DNA of 60,637 nt, counting the filler, from Diploschistes diacapsis (lineage: Eukaryota): the NCBI GenBank assembly GCA_023645945.1. It is 6 parts of 6 records of this genome, joined end to end, with 100 filler letters (N's around TTAATTAATTAA, not from the genome) between each part and the next. Parts side by side here need not be neighbours in the genome. Positions count along the whole stretch, not along the records: positions 1 to 6,268 come from JALAIB010001417.1; positions 6,369 to 12,634 come from JALAIB010001418.1; 4 more parts are not named here. One strand, 5' to 3'. Positions 1 through 11,526 of this stretch are shown here, piece after piece. The position numbers were made by a program, and so were the translations under genes. Each line of letters opens with the position of its first letter. Positions within the stretch are counted from its first letter, which is position 1. A model generated the notes under the pieces. It was not told the DNA's origin, did not search any database, and saw only the letters and a program-made list of their open reading frames with translations.

Positions 1-234
1 GGTGCCAACCGTGCCAAGGATGTTAGGGGGTGGCTGTGTAGGCGGGTAGGACCCGAACCACGTAGGGCTGGCACCCACACACTATTTATTCTTGCCACCC
101 TCCCACCTAGATAGTTTCCTCTCTAGCTTTTCGAATCCAGACCTTTTACCTGCAGATGCCCAGCTACACGTAATCCTTCCGGATCAGGCCCAGCCCCCGG
201 CAGTGTAGTATCCCATTCCTGCGCTGACGTTTCA
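1..234 (+). repeat. 5' LTR (about 63 bp missing at the start; inferred full length about 297 bp)
   Basis: Matches the 3' LTR at offset 6124. Ends ...GTTTCA at 234, an imperfect inverse of the 3' LTR start TGAGAC. TATTTATT at 83-90. The right boundary is inferred from the TG..CA rule and the adjacent PBS. Confidence 0.85.
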
Positions 235-235
235 C

Positions 236-247
236 ATTCGAAAAGCT
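236..247 (+). promoter_or_regulatory. Primer-binding site, self-priming type
   Basis: ATTCGAAAAGCT lies just 3' of the LTR, does not start with TGG, and is the exact reverse complement of LTR 125-136 (AGCTTTTCGAAT). Confidence 0.8.
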
Positions 248-357
248 CGCTTTACCTTCGCACTCGTGACGAGAATTTAAAACGTCAACCGAACCAAGTA
301 TTCGAGTATCCACGATAACCGAACTCGAAAGTACTACCCGCCGAACCATTATAAACA

Positions 358-1770
358 ATGACCCCCGCTGGTAGAAAGGATCAAAAAAGAAAAAGAGAAT
401 CCATAACACCTCCGACTTTTAAAGAATCAGCCGAGATCCCAACGATTAAAAAATACGATTCAAAAAACGAATCGATAATTAAAAAACAATCCATAAGATA
501 TCCCGCGCTACGGCAATCATCTATACCAAAGACCTTCGAGAGATTCAATACCAACGAAGAACCAGTACGAGAAGGATCCCAGAAGAACCCCCGCGACGAA
601 CCCAAACGAAAAATATCTTCGTTTAAAGACCCGATGAAAAAACAAGTCAACTAAAACAACGTCATCGAGAACGTGATAAAGCTACAATCGTGAAAGCGAG
701 CAGAAGAGATCCATCACCGAACCGAAAAAGAATTAACGGAACTCATTAAATCAATACGCACCTACGTAACAGCGGTCGAAAAAACAAACCAACGAAACGA
801 ACGAAAGATCCAACGGTTTCAACAACAATTCGAGAAAGATTTAGCTAAGAAAAACGAACTAAAACAATTATTGGATAGAAAACAAGAGACTCGGGCCCGC
901 CTAACCGACGAAAACATCGATATACGGGCAACGGTCGAAGAACTTCGGAACCGACGAGAGTCCACGAATCCAGCCACCGAGATTAGCAACGGGGGACGCT
1001 TCTCCTCGCACAAGCTACCAGACCCACCTCAGTTTGCAGGAGATCCCAAGAAAGGCCCCAGCTACAAGCAATGGCGTCGCCTAGTCAAGGACAAGCTGAA
1101 GATGAAGATGAACGGTGACCGGCCCAACGGGGCCGACGACCAGATAACGTACATGATCTCCCGTCTCAAGGGAACAGCACTTAGCTATGCAGAAGCCTTG
1201 ACGGACGAAGATTCGATCAGCCGAATAACCTCCGCCGAAGCATTATTCGAACGACTAAACAACCGATAGATAGACAAGAATGCCTGGTTAACCGCTAGGG
1301 ACGACTATCGGAAGCTACAGCAAAATAACAACGAACTTAACGAATTTCTAATCCAGTTCACGGCACTTACAACCGAAGCAAGGATCCCCGAAGAGGATCA
1401 AATATTAGACATAAGAAAAAAGCTGGCCTATCGCTTCCAGGCTGCCCTTTTTAAACGAACCCCCACAACGATCCGGGAGATGGAGGATAAACTACACACG
1501 CTCGACCGACACATGAAAGTAAGCAACCGTAACAAGCCAGTCACTTTCGCGGCCAGCACCCGAAGCAATAGTTCGTACACTCCTCGCCCCCGGCGGACTT
1601 ACAAGGATCGTGATAAGGAAGAAACCAAGACCTCCGCCGAAGCAACCAGCGAGAAACCAACCATGTCCACCAAGGAATGGGTCAACAACGAAACCTACTA
1701 CAACTGCCACAAGAAGGGATACTTCGCCAGCAGCTGCCCCGAGCGCGAACCCAAATCGAAAAAAGAATAG
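358..1770 (+). pseudogene. gag: gag, interrupted by stop codons
   Basis: Same-frame fragments 358-654, 871-1269 and 1480-1770. Capsid-like KLPDPPQFAGD...YMISRLKGTALSYA. Mutated zinc knuckle YYNCHKKGYFASSC at 1696-1737. Start position uncertain. Confidence 0.85.
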
Positions 1771-4700
1771 CCTCCATAAAAGCCCTGGATGGAGGATCTA
1801 ACGAACAGGCAAGCGACAACGACGACGAATCGCCCCAGCAGCATGATCAAGCGATCATAGGAGCCTTGGAGGAAGAGTTCCCAACGGCGCCTGCCCTTAC
1901 GTCGGATGCAGTACTAGGTAGAGGACATAGGAGCTTCCGTACCCCAGCACTGATCGACACGGGGGCCAACGGAATGTGCTTCATCGACAGAGAATTCGCC
2001 GAACAACTGGTAGAACGATTTGACCTCGCCTCGATGAAGCTATCTAAGAAGATAGGTAGCATCTATGTCGACGATAAGCCGCAAAGGCCCATCACCCACG
2101 CCTTCTATTTGTTATTGCAATTAGGGAACTATTCCAGCAGTGTAACCCTCTTTTACATCTTGTCCAAGATCGGGAAGCACCGCGTGATTGTTGGAAGAAA
2201 GTGGTTGCACCTGCATGGCGCAGTGGTAGACTGTGCTGCCTCCGAGGTGACCTTCAAACCGAACCACTGTAACTACCTGGGGTTGCCCCCTGTCAAGGAA
2301 CGAAAGAAAGTCGAAGAAGCCCCAGCTGCTCCTCGACTAGATCCTGAAGTAACTAGGACCGGCAGGCCTCTGATCACTAAGATCTTACCACGTGGTACAG
2401 TAGATAGTGGTAGCAAAGTTAATACAAAGGATTCAACTTGCTTGCCTGCCCCCCGTGAGACCGATAAACGAGCCTATACGGGTGATAACTCTAACCGAAT
2501 CTTCGCGATCAACGCCGCAGCCTTCGATGTCGCCAGTCGACAGACCGGGGCGGAGATATTCGCCATCTCCATGAGGAAGATCGATCAACAGTTGGAGAAG
2601 AAAAAGAGACAAGAAATGGTAACGAAGAACCTTCGCGATCTAGTGCCCAAAGAATATCACGACTATCTGGACGTGTTCAGTTATGAAAAAGTTAACGAAC
2701 TGCCCCCGCATCGACCTCAGTGGGACCACAAGATCGAACTAAGGGAAGGAACCGTGCTACCGAAGTCAGCCCCATTAAGAAGAATGTCGATGGACGAACT
2801 ACAGGCATTGAAGGCCTATTTGAAAGAATATTTAACGAATAAAGTTCATTGCGTTTAGTTTAGTAGAATATGCGTCCCCGATCTTATTCGTAAAGAAACC
2901 TAACGGGGGCGGATTGAGGGTATGCGTCGACTATCGAGGATTGAACAACATCACGAAGAAGAATCGATACCCTCTACTTCTGATCGCTGAAACAATAGCC
3001 CGGGTGACCCGAGTGAAGATCTACATCAAGTTCGATGTCATCCAGGCATTCCACCGACTAAGAATGGCCACGGATAAGGACGAAGAACTAACTACCTTTT
3101 CGACGCCCCTGGGCGCATACAAGTTTAGGGTAATGCCCTTCGGACTAACCTCGGGCCCCAGCTCGTACCAACAGTTCATGAACGATAACTTCAACGACAT
3201 GATCGACTTTGTTTCTTGCTATATAGACGACCTGTTAGTATTCTCGGATAATAAGAAGGTCCACCGGGAATACGTAAGACGGGTGTTACAGCGTTTACGG
3301 GAGATAGGCCTGAGTGTAAACATCCTTAAGACTGAGTTCGATACCACCGAGGTTAAGTATCTCGGCCTGATCATCACCCCTAGGGGCGTAAAGATGGACC
3401 TTAAGAAGGTTGAAGTCATCAAGAACTGGCCCCGACCTAAATCAAGTAAGGAGACGAAAGCCATCCGGAGCTACCTGGGGTTCGTCAACTTCTACCGACG
3501 ATTCATCCTTAATTTCAGTAAGGTCGCTAAACCCCTTTATGATCTAATTAAGATGGACACCGCGGGGGTCTGGGGGGATAAAGAAGATAAGGCATTCGAG
3601 GCCTTGAAGGAGGCCGTATCCTCCGAACCCGTAATGGCGCACTTTGACCCTAGCAAACGATCCTTGATCGAATGCGACGCCAGCGACGTCACCACCGGGG
3701 GGTATCCTGTCCCAGGAAACCGACGACGGCATGTTGCAGCCCATCGCCTACCTATCCAAAAGCATGGATCCCGTTCAACGCAACTATACGATCTACGACA
3801 AGGAAATGCTCGCCATAGTCAGGTGCTTCGAGGAATAGAAGCCTGAGTTACTAACCTCCCCGGTTGATCGGCCCACTCTAGTATTAACCGATCACAAGGC
3901 CCTCGAGTACTTCACTACGAACAAGCAGCTAAACCGCAGACAAGCCCGCTGGGCTGAGTTCTTGTCCCAGTTCGATTTCAAGATCCAATATCGTCCAGGA
4001 GCAAAGAACGTGAAAGCCGACCTACTAACAAGGGAGCTCAACCCAAGCGAGGCCCCGAGAGCAAAAGAAGACCCCCATATGTGGCAGACGCTGATCAAGC
4101 CCGAACAGCTCTCCGAGGAAATCAAGCGGGACCTGAACATGCACGCCCTGGACGGAGAGGATCATGCTCCCGGGACGCAAGAGACGGCCATGGAGGTCCC
4201 GAACCCCAACCAGGCGCCCCCGCCTGCCGCTGAAGCTGCCCTCGCCGACGATACCCCGACGATGACGGAAGAAGTAAAAGACGCCAATCGACGGGATCAA
4301 GCATTCAACGAAATCAGGGCCAGGCTGGAAGAAGGTGTGACCATTGGGTCCCTTCACGGCTACCGACTGGACGCTTGCAGAACGGAGAGGACCCTACTAT
4401 GGGCCAGCGAGAGACTCGCCGTCCCGGAGGATCGAATCACCCATGTTATTCAATCGATCCACTGCGGTAGGGAGGTAGGACACGCTGGGATCGACAAGAC
4501 CCTCCGGGCAATCAAGAGCAACTTTATATTCCCCCGGATGAAAGCTATCATCGCCCGATTCATTCGGAATTGCCACGACTGCCGCCGAGCAAAACCAACG
4601 ACCCAAGCTCCTCAAGGACTTTAGAAACCGTTACCCATCCCCGATAGACCGTGGACAGACCTTTCAGTAGATTTCGTAACCGGGTTCCCCGAGGACTCGG

Positions 4701-5836
4701 AACGGAACAACACCATCATGGTAGTAGTTTGTCGCCTATCAAAAGAAAGGCATTACATCCCCTGCAGGGCAGGAGACAAGGGTATAGGGGCCGAAGCAAT
4801 GGCCTGGCTATTCTATAAGTATGTTTGGAAACACCATGGCCTGCCCCTAACTATTGTATCCGACAGGGGGACCCAGTTCGTCAGCCAGCTATGGCAGCAC
4901 CTATGTGATATACTGCACATCCGCCCCAAGCTGTCGACGGCATTTCACCCCCAGACGGACGGACAGACCGAAAATGCCAACAAGGAAATGGAACGGTATC
5001 TGCGAACCTTCGTCTGCTACTCGCAGAAGGATTGGGGACGGCTGCTCCCTATGGCGGAGTTCGCCATCAACGCGGCGGAAAATGAATCAACGAGATGCTC
5101 GCCATTCTTCGTTACCAGGGGATGCGAACCCCGGATATCTTTCGACACCGATAGACTAGCAGAACAGGGAGCTACTGCCCGCGAGAGAATAGGCAACCGA
5201 GGTGCCAATGCCATCGCCGAAACCATGCAAGACACCTGGGACTTCGCGAAAAGACATATGGCACTAGCCCAGCAGTGACAAAAGCGATACGCGGACGAAC
5301 ACCGTCGCCCCGTTGAAGAGATCAACCCCGGCGACTCGGTCTGGCTGGACATGCGCAACATCAGAACCACCCGGGCCTGCAAAAAGCTGGACAGCAAATG
5401 GAGCGGCCCCTACAACGTCCTACGAAAGGTAGGCGAAGTCGACTTCGAGCTGGACCTGCCAGCGTCGATGAAGCAGTTCAAAACGTTTCACGCGTCCCTG
5501 CTTTCAAAAGACCCGCAGGACCCCTTGGAGGGACAGGCGCATCCTAGACCACCCCCGGTAGAGACAGAGGCTGGAGAAGAATGGGAGCTCGAGGAGATCC
5601 TCGACGCCAGGAGGGGCCCCGGGCGAGGAATAAACGTCCAGTACAGAGTACGTTGGGTGGGATGGCCAACCGACGATAGCTGGTATCCCGCCACCAACTT
5701 CGAAAATGCCCTCGACATCCTACGGGAGTTTCATCAACTGAATCCCGAAAAGGTGAGACCCCCATGGCTAACAACGCCTGGGAATAGACAGCACACGCCA
5801 GCAAGGACTGCAGACGGGGACGAGCCCTCAGGATGA
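1758..5836 (+). pseudogene. pol: pol (PR-RT-RH-IN-chromodomain), -1 frame relative to gag, disrupted
   Basis: Frameshifts near 2840 and in the G-run near 3700. In-frame stops at 3836 (TAG), 4622 (TAG) and 5276 (TGA). All domain motifs are recognisable. Confidence 0.95.
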
Positions 5837-6047
5837 GGCAGTATCGACCATCACGACGACCACGCTCTCCTATAGAATCTGGGAGCATGTTTGGGTAAGG
5901 ATGCCGCTGAAAGGGGTTCAAAAAGACGATAACATCTGTTACAAAAGAACAACGGGTATCCTTTTGAACAAATCAGCGAAAGGGATGAAGATCGAGGTGG
6001 ATATTGACTGAAAAGGGCATCATCGCGCTTGTAAGAGACAAGCATCT

Positions 6048-6058
6048 GGAGAGGGGGG
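6048..6058 (+). promoter_or_regulatory. Polypurine tract
   Basis: GGAGAGGGGGG located 3 nt upstream of the TG that starts the 3' LTR. Confidence 0.85.
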
Positions 6059-6061
6059 TAG

Positions 6062-6268
6062 TGAGACAGATCAGCCCAGGCGTGCCAAGCCACCGGGGTC
6101 ACATGACGGCAGGGTCACATGACGGGTACCAACCGTGCCAAGGATGTTAGGGGGTGGCTGTGTAGGCGGGTAGGACCCGAACCACGTAGGGCTGGCACCC
6201 ACACACTATTTATTCTTGCCACCCTCCCACCTAGATAGTTTCCTCTCTAGCTTTTCGAATCCAGACCT
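6062..6268 (+). repeat. 3' LTR (truncated by gap)
   Basis: Starts TGAGAC after the PPT. Contains a tandem GGGTCACATGACGG x2 near 6096-6125. 6125-6268 matches 1-144. Confidence 0.93.
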
Positions 6269-6368
6269 NNNNNNNNNNNNNNNNNNNNNNNNNNNNNNNN
6301 NNNNNNNNNNNNTTAATTAATTAANNNNNNNNNNNNNNNNNNNNNNNNNNNNNNNNNNNNNNNNNNNN
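6269..6368. other. Artificial contig linker (N44-TTAATTAATTAA-N44)
   Basis: 100-bp N block with a six-frame stop core, repeated five times in the window. Confidence 0.99.
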
Positions 6369-8769
6369 GCTGGGGCGTGGAAGGAAAAACGGACGGAGCC
6401 AAACTAGCCCAGCCACCACCACTAAGTCACTTAGCAGTAGGCTCCTTAGACCTTAGCTTCGGCACTCTCGGAACTCAACGGGGGAAGTAAGCTGACCAAG
6501 CAAGCAAGCCAAGCCCAAGCCGAGATTGGAACCCCCCCCCGGCCAGCTGCCGCACGAGTTACCAAGCTCGCCCAAGCCGATTTTTCCGATGGTTGGAGGC
6601 TAGCCTGCTCCATTCATTAGCACTCAAGAGTTGGTAAAATAGTTTTCAGTAGTAACAGTTCCGTCTAAAGCCAATGGGCTAGAGGCGGCAAAGGTAATAG
6701 GCTAAAGGCTAGACCTAAGTGGATACGCTAGCCGCACCAAGTATTCGCGACTGCAATAATGCCGAATTCTCATCCAGCCCTCACCCTTTCCTCTTACTTA
6801 ACACCCCCAGAGTTTCTGCACGTTCAGAGTATGTCACATTATCACCCGTCATCCCTGTTGAAGATCATGGCTGCGAGAGGGCCCAGCAACGACTGGTCTG
6901 ACCACCCGAGTTAGAACTCTCAGGACCCTTCCATTCCAAGCTTGTCTGCACGGCTGGTGGGGGGGCTGGTGAGGGGTTGCAGCGGCAGCCTGAAAAGACC
7001 CCGGTTCGTGGCTTCGGGACATTTAGCCAGGCCCAGTTTTCGGTACTCTGACCGTCAGACGGACCCCTCCGATAAGCACTGGGCTGCTGGCTAAGTCAGT
7101 CGCGAATGTCATACAACTATACTATAACGTACAGCGGATACTGAGTGTTCCAAAGTAGATTCGGTCAAACTTATGATTGACATGGTTTCCAAGTGGTATT
7201 AAGAAACTGGGCCTCTCATGCTGGCATTTTGACGAGTCATGCCTGTCCCTCAGCCACCTCTTTGGGACCTGAGAACACGACGACCCCGGACACAAGCAAC
7301 AGAATGCCATATGATCGACATACGTTATACTATAGCCGTCGATAGACTACACTGACGCGAAGTATGGTATGTGTTAGCAGCTATCTGCCGCCGGAGCGTC
7401 CTGCAACGCATGTCAGGCACGGAAGGTGAAAAAACGCTGTTTAAGTTTCGTTGAAGACCGCCTCCGTAGCATTGAAAATGGCTCACACACCGGCTTCGGA
7501 CATCGTTTGGCTCTGTTGCTCCAAAAATACCTGTAAGAAATGGTATAATTGTGCAGTCCGGGCTCGCAATTTTGCAGGGAGGCGGACCTTCGAGAGGATC
7601 AGATTTCCCTCCATCCCCCCCCTCTGGGCGTCTTGCGGCCATGCGTTCCACTGAGCATGAGTGCTCTAACTGGCCTTAAATCAGTGCGCGTCTTAGATTC
7701 AAGCCTCCCAACGTGCGGTGTGCTTTGGATTGAAATTCTTCAACAGTTCCTGCCAATATGCGCCATCTCGGAGGAAGAGCCACATGGGATTGGACTAGAC
7801 ATGCTTCCCATAAGCCCAGCTGTTCACTCTGAGCCCAAGCTGTAGTTCGGTAGGAAGGTGTTTCATGAAGCCTTTGTGGTGCTGCAAGTACAAGCACATG
7901 CATATCAACTAGGATTGCAGGCTTCTGACTCTGACCTGAAAGGATGCACGGGCCAAGCTACCCTGAATCACATCAGTTGTTGACTGCAATGTGTGAACGT
8001 TATCAGTGGGCAAAGCCACTTATGAATATGTGGAGGTCTTCTTCGACTGTTCGAAGCTATCCGACCGGCACCTGCCTCTGTAAGAGAAGGTTTCCCGATA
8101 GCCCCCCCCCCAACTGGAAAACGTTATCCCCAAGCACGTGGGATTCGCAGCGAATGTGATAGCAGTGAGCACTATCCGCTTCACGCGACATAACAACTGC
8201 TCAATAATCGGATTGGCAGTCGCAGCTATTTGACCGTTGTTGGAGGCCTATCTGTCGATCGCCGAACAGGCGAAATGCTGTAGCGGAAAAGCGTCCAGCG
8301 GGCAAGAGTTAGGGTGAACAAGCTTACTTTACCGTGGCCTCGAACTGTCCGGTTTTTAACAGACCTTGTAAGGATTTAAATCCTCCAGCGCACGTTGTAA
8401 ATTTGTGTGTGTGCGTGTAGGTTGTAACCTTCGGAATCCGGGTCAATCCTTCTGAGGTGCACAGGTGGTTGCAGCTGCTAAGGCGGAAAGGCTGACATCC
8501 AACCACATGGCATTGCATGCATGAGCGTGGCTGTGGCGGGGACCCTTAGCGGATGATTAAAGGATAAAGGAGTTGATTGGCCCCGGGGGGACAGGAGTAT
8601 TTACGGAAAGAGCAGGTGGCTCTCGTGAAGCGCAGGGAAGATCATCCGAAAAACGTGCTGATGCGAATCCATTAGGGAGGGTGGCAGACAGGTGGTTACC
8701 AACTTACCCGTACAATGCGCTGGTAAACCTTAGATGGTGAACTGTTGAATGCGCGAAAGACGCTGTTCC

Positions 8770-8770
<1 letters not shown>

Positions 8771-8800
<30 letters not shown>
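8771..8800. repeat. (TG)15 microsatellite
   Basis: Directly visible. Confidence 0.97.
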
Positions 8801-8802
<2 letters not shown>

Positions 8803-8864
8803 AGTGTATATTATACACTCATCTGTAAAAGACGGGAATACTGTTTACAAAACACAGAAAAGGA

Positions 8865-8897
8865 GAGGCAGAGGCAGAGGCAGAGGCAGAGGCAGAG
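8865..8897. repeat. (GAGGCA)5 microsatellite
   Basis: Directly visible. Confidence 0.95.
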
Positions 8898-10443
8898 TCG
8901 TGCGGGAGTCTTTTACCCAAATGGGTACGGAACTCGTCCGGAGACAACCGAGAATTCGGGCCTTCTGCCGTGTCGATCCTTCGCTTAACTATTTACCAAT
9001 CTGATCTCCACATTCTCCCTGGGTGAGTACGACTGTACGATACAGGGCTTTGATCACGGATCAACGGTTATCGTTCCCGGCACTTGCCATTGCGCCTGCC
9101 TGGAAGAGCCGCATGAATTTACTCCGAGAGCGATGATTGGTGTGCATTTCAGCCTGCCTGATATGGTGGTGATCAACAGGTTCAATTTCGTTCAATTTCC
9201 ATGCGTGCCACAGCCGTGGTGCGATCGTTGTTGTTATTCGTGGCGCTTCCCGATATTCCCCACCTTACAATTTCGCAGGACGCGCGTCTATCCGCAGGTA
9301 CTAGTATGTCAACAAGCATTGTCCCTAGATTCATTTCTTCCGAAGCTTATCCGTAATTGGACTCTCGATTGCTCGAAATACACCGTGCGATCAAATCCCA
9401 TCCCTTTGCAACATTTGTAATTGTTGATCAACACCAACATCCTACTGGTGAATTAAATCGCTCTCTCGATTTTTAGGAAGACCGTTTACTGGAAGTGGAA
9501 GGTTTATATACATACCATAATCAAATCTCCTCCAATGCATCAACGTTTCTCTGATGCAACAGGAACTGATTTCACTGTCACAAATTTACTTCCCTGTACC
9601 CGGGCAATCTAGTTTCCACCAAGCTGGTTCCCGCACCAACTCCATAGGAGCAGCAGCGCTTCTGCAAGGCATATTGTGCCTTGACATTAGCATGATGTAC
9701 AGAGCAGGAAAATGAGATATTGCTGTAGTCTCAAGGCCGACAAGCAGGCGGAACGAGGCCTAGCTTGCATCTTTGACCTTTGAGAATCCGGCTGTTGAAA
9801 TTGGCAAACTGACGGACGTTGCCCGAAGGATTCGATATCCACAGTATGTTGCATTAGGCTCATCAGGCCTGTACTATAATCAAGTCATTTTCGCCCTCCT
9901 AATTCATAAATACTTTAAGTTTGGGCGATTGATAGACAATCGCCCGTCAGCGTGCTCTCGAAAGAGGTGTGCAAAGTACCCAGTTGCCGGTAACTTGCCC
10001 TGCATGGGGCTATTATTCTGGTAGTCATGGTTCTCTTGGGCCGGTACCCTTGGAGGCACACCGAACAAGTCCATCCTGGCTATTTCCTATTAGGCTGAAG
10101 CCTCGATGGGAAAGTGCAGATAAGCAGCCCATGTTAACCGAGGGGTTGGAGAGCTGGCAGAGGGGAACGGTCCGTTATCACTGACAGTGTGCCCCGCCTT
10201 GCCTTGAACGTTGAAGTTGTGGTTGGAGACCGCCAGGCTTGTTCTGGTTAGTTTATTCTTAGTAAGCGCTTAATGTATCATGATGAGAGAGACATTCAAA
10301 CGCATATCCCACATTTCAAGCAATTATAGTCGTCGGACGGACGTTCAACATCCTAGCATCCTCTCCTCCAAGCAACAGCCTAATCGCACCGACATCTTCA
10401 TCTTTCGATCATTACTAGAGCAGCCTACGGACTTCTCGCCGCG

Positions 10444-11526
10444 ATGTGCAAGTCAAGCCTGCACCCCCTCCTTGCCCGCCTTCCCAAATGCGAGCACCAT
10501 ATGCATCTTGAGGGTGCTCTAACCCCTGACCTCCTCTTCTCGCTGGCCGCTCATAACTCCGTCACCCTCCCTTCAGACCCCATCTACGCATCCCCATCAG
10601 CCTTGCAGGCATATTACGATCGGCCCGATGCCTTCGACTCTCTGCAGCCGTTTTTGGACCTCTACCAGATCGGTGTCAGTGTGCTTCAAAAGGAAGAAGA
10701 CTTTCACGAGCTAGGCATGACGTACTTTCGACGCGCAGCCCGGGATAATGTCCGGCATGCAGAAGTTTTTTTTGATCCACAGTGTCACACCGCCCGTCAG
10801 GAAGGACCTTCGTTCGGTACCGTTCTGGCCGGCTTCAGGTCCGCCTGTGCAGAAGCAGAAGCTAGCCTACGAATAAGCACGAAGCTCATTATGTGCTTCC
10901 TCCGCCACCTGCCGCTCGCTGGGGCCATGGAGACCTATGCAGCAGCTCGCTCGGGATTGGGGGACGGCACGATTGCAGGCATTGGGCTGGATAGCGCCGA
11001 GAAAGGCTTCCCGCCGGAGCTCTTCGCAGAGGTGTATGAGCTAGCAGTTAAGGAGGGTATCAACAGGACGGCTCATGCGGGCGAAGAAGCCGGCCCTGAT
11101 GCCGTAGCTAGTGCGCTCGATAACCTCAAAGTCATGCGCATCGACCACGGCCGGACGATCCCGGAGGATCCGCAGCTCATGGAGCGCATTGCGAGGGAAA
11201 AGACGCTTGTGACGCTATGCCCGCTCAGCAACTTGAAGTTGAACGGCGTCAAGTCTCTGCCGGAGCTACCCATACGCAAGTTTCTCGATGCAGGAGTAAA
11301 GTTCAGCATCAATTCAGACGACCCAGCTTATTTCGGTGGCTGGACGCTGGACAATTACTGTGCCGTCCAAGGCGCCTTTGATTTGACTGTGCGTGAGTGG
11401 AAGGGAATATGCTTGGCGGCTATTGAGGGAAGCTGGTGCAACGCTAAGCGCAAGGAGGAGCTTACGCGCGAGCTAGAAGAGGTGATCCAAGAGCAGGAAC
11501 GAGAGGCTGGTGCCCACAAAGGCTAG
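10444..11526 (+). CDS. AAH1: Adenine deaminase (adenosine/AMP deaminase family), intronless, 360 aa
   Basis: Metal-binding and catalytic motifs LPKCEHHMHLEG, HAEVFFDPQ, TAHAGEE, RIDHG, LCPLSN and SINSDDPAYFGG. Confidence 0.93.
   Translation: MCKSSLHPLLARLPKCEHHMHLEGALTPDLLFSLAAHNSVTLPSDPIYASPSALQAYYDRPDAFDSLQPFLDLYQIGVSVLQKEEDFHELGMTYFRRAARDNVRHAEVFFDPQCHTARQEGPSFGTVLAGFRSACAEAEASLRISTKLIMCFLRHLPLAGAMETYAAARSGLGDGTIAGIGLDSAEKGFPPELFAEVYELAVKEGINRTAHAGEEAGPDAVASALDNLKVMRIDHGRTIPEDPQLMERIAREKTLVTLCPLSNLKLNGVKSLPELPIRKFLDAGVKFSINSDDPAYFGGWTLDNYCAVQGAFDLTVREWKGICLAAIEGSWCNAKRKEELTRELEEVIQEQEREAGAHKG

Larger units (their letters stand above)
1..6268 (+). mobile_element. Ty3/Gypsy (chromovirus) LTR retrotransposon, degenerate, both LTRs truncated by contig ends
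   Basis: Direct repeat 1-144 = 6125-6268 (one mismatch). Internal order is gag, protease (ALIDTGA), RT (LRVCVDYRGLN, MPFGL, YIDD), RNase H (ECDASD), integrase (H..GH..C..C; SVDF, SDRG, GQTE) and chromodomain (EWELEEILD...YRVRWVGW). A PPT precedes the 3' LTR. Confidence 0.98.

Noticed and set aside
1..6268. 143/144 LTR identity as proof of a very recent insertion
   Set aside because: The contig starts and ends inside the LTR, so the overlap may be a collapsed multi-copy consensus. No target-site duplication is visible and the interior is heavily mutated.
6313..6324. TTAATTAATTAA as a biological palindrome or piggyBac target
   Set aside because: It is identical in all five N blocks and is a six-frame stop spacer.
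9923..9945. 9-bp perfect hairpin GGGCGATTG/CAATCGCCC
   Set aside because: It is isolated, has no supporting context and is plausible by chance in 60 kb.
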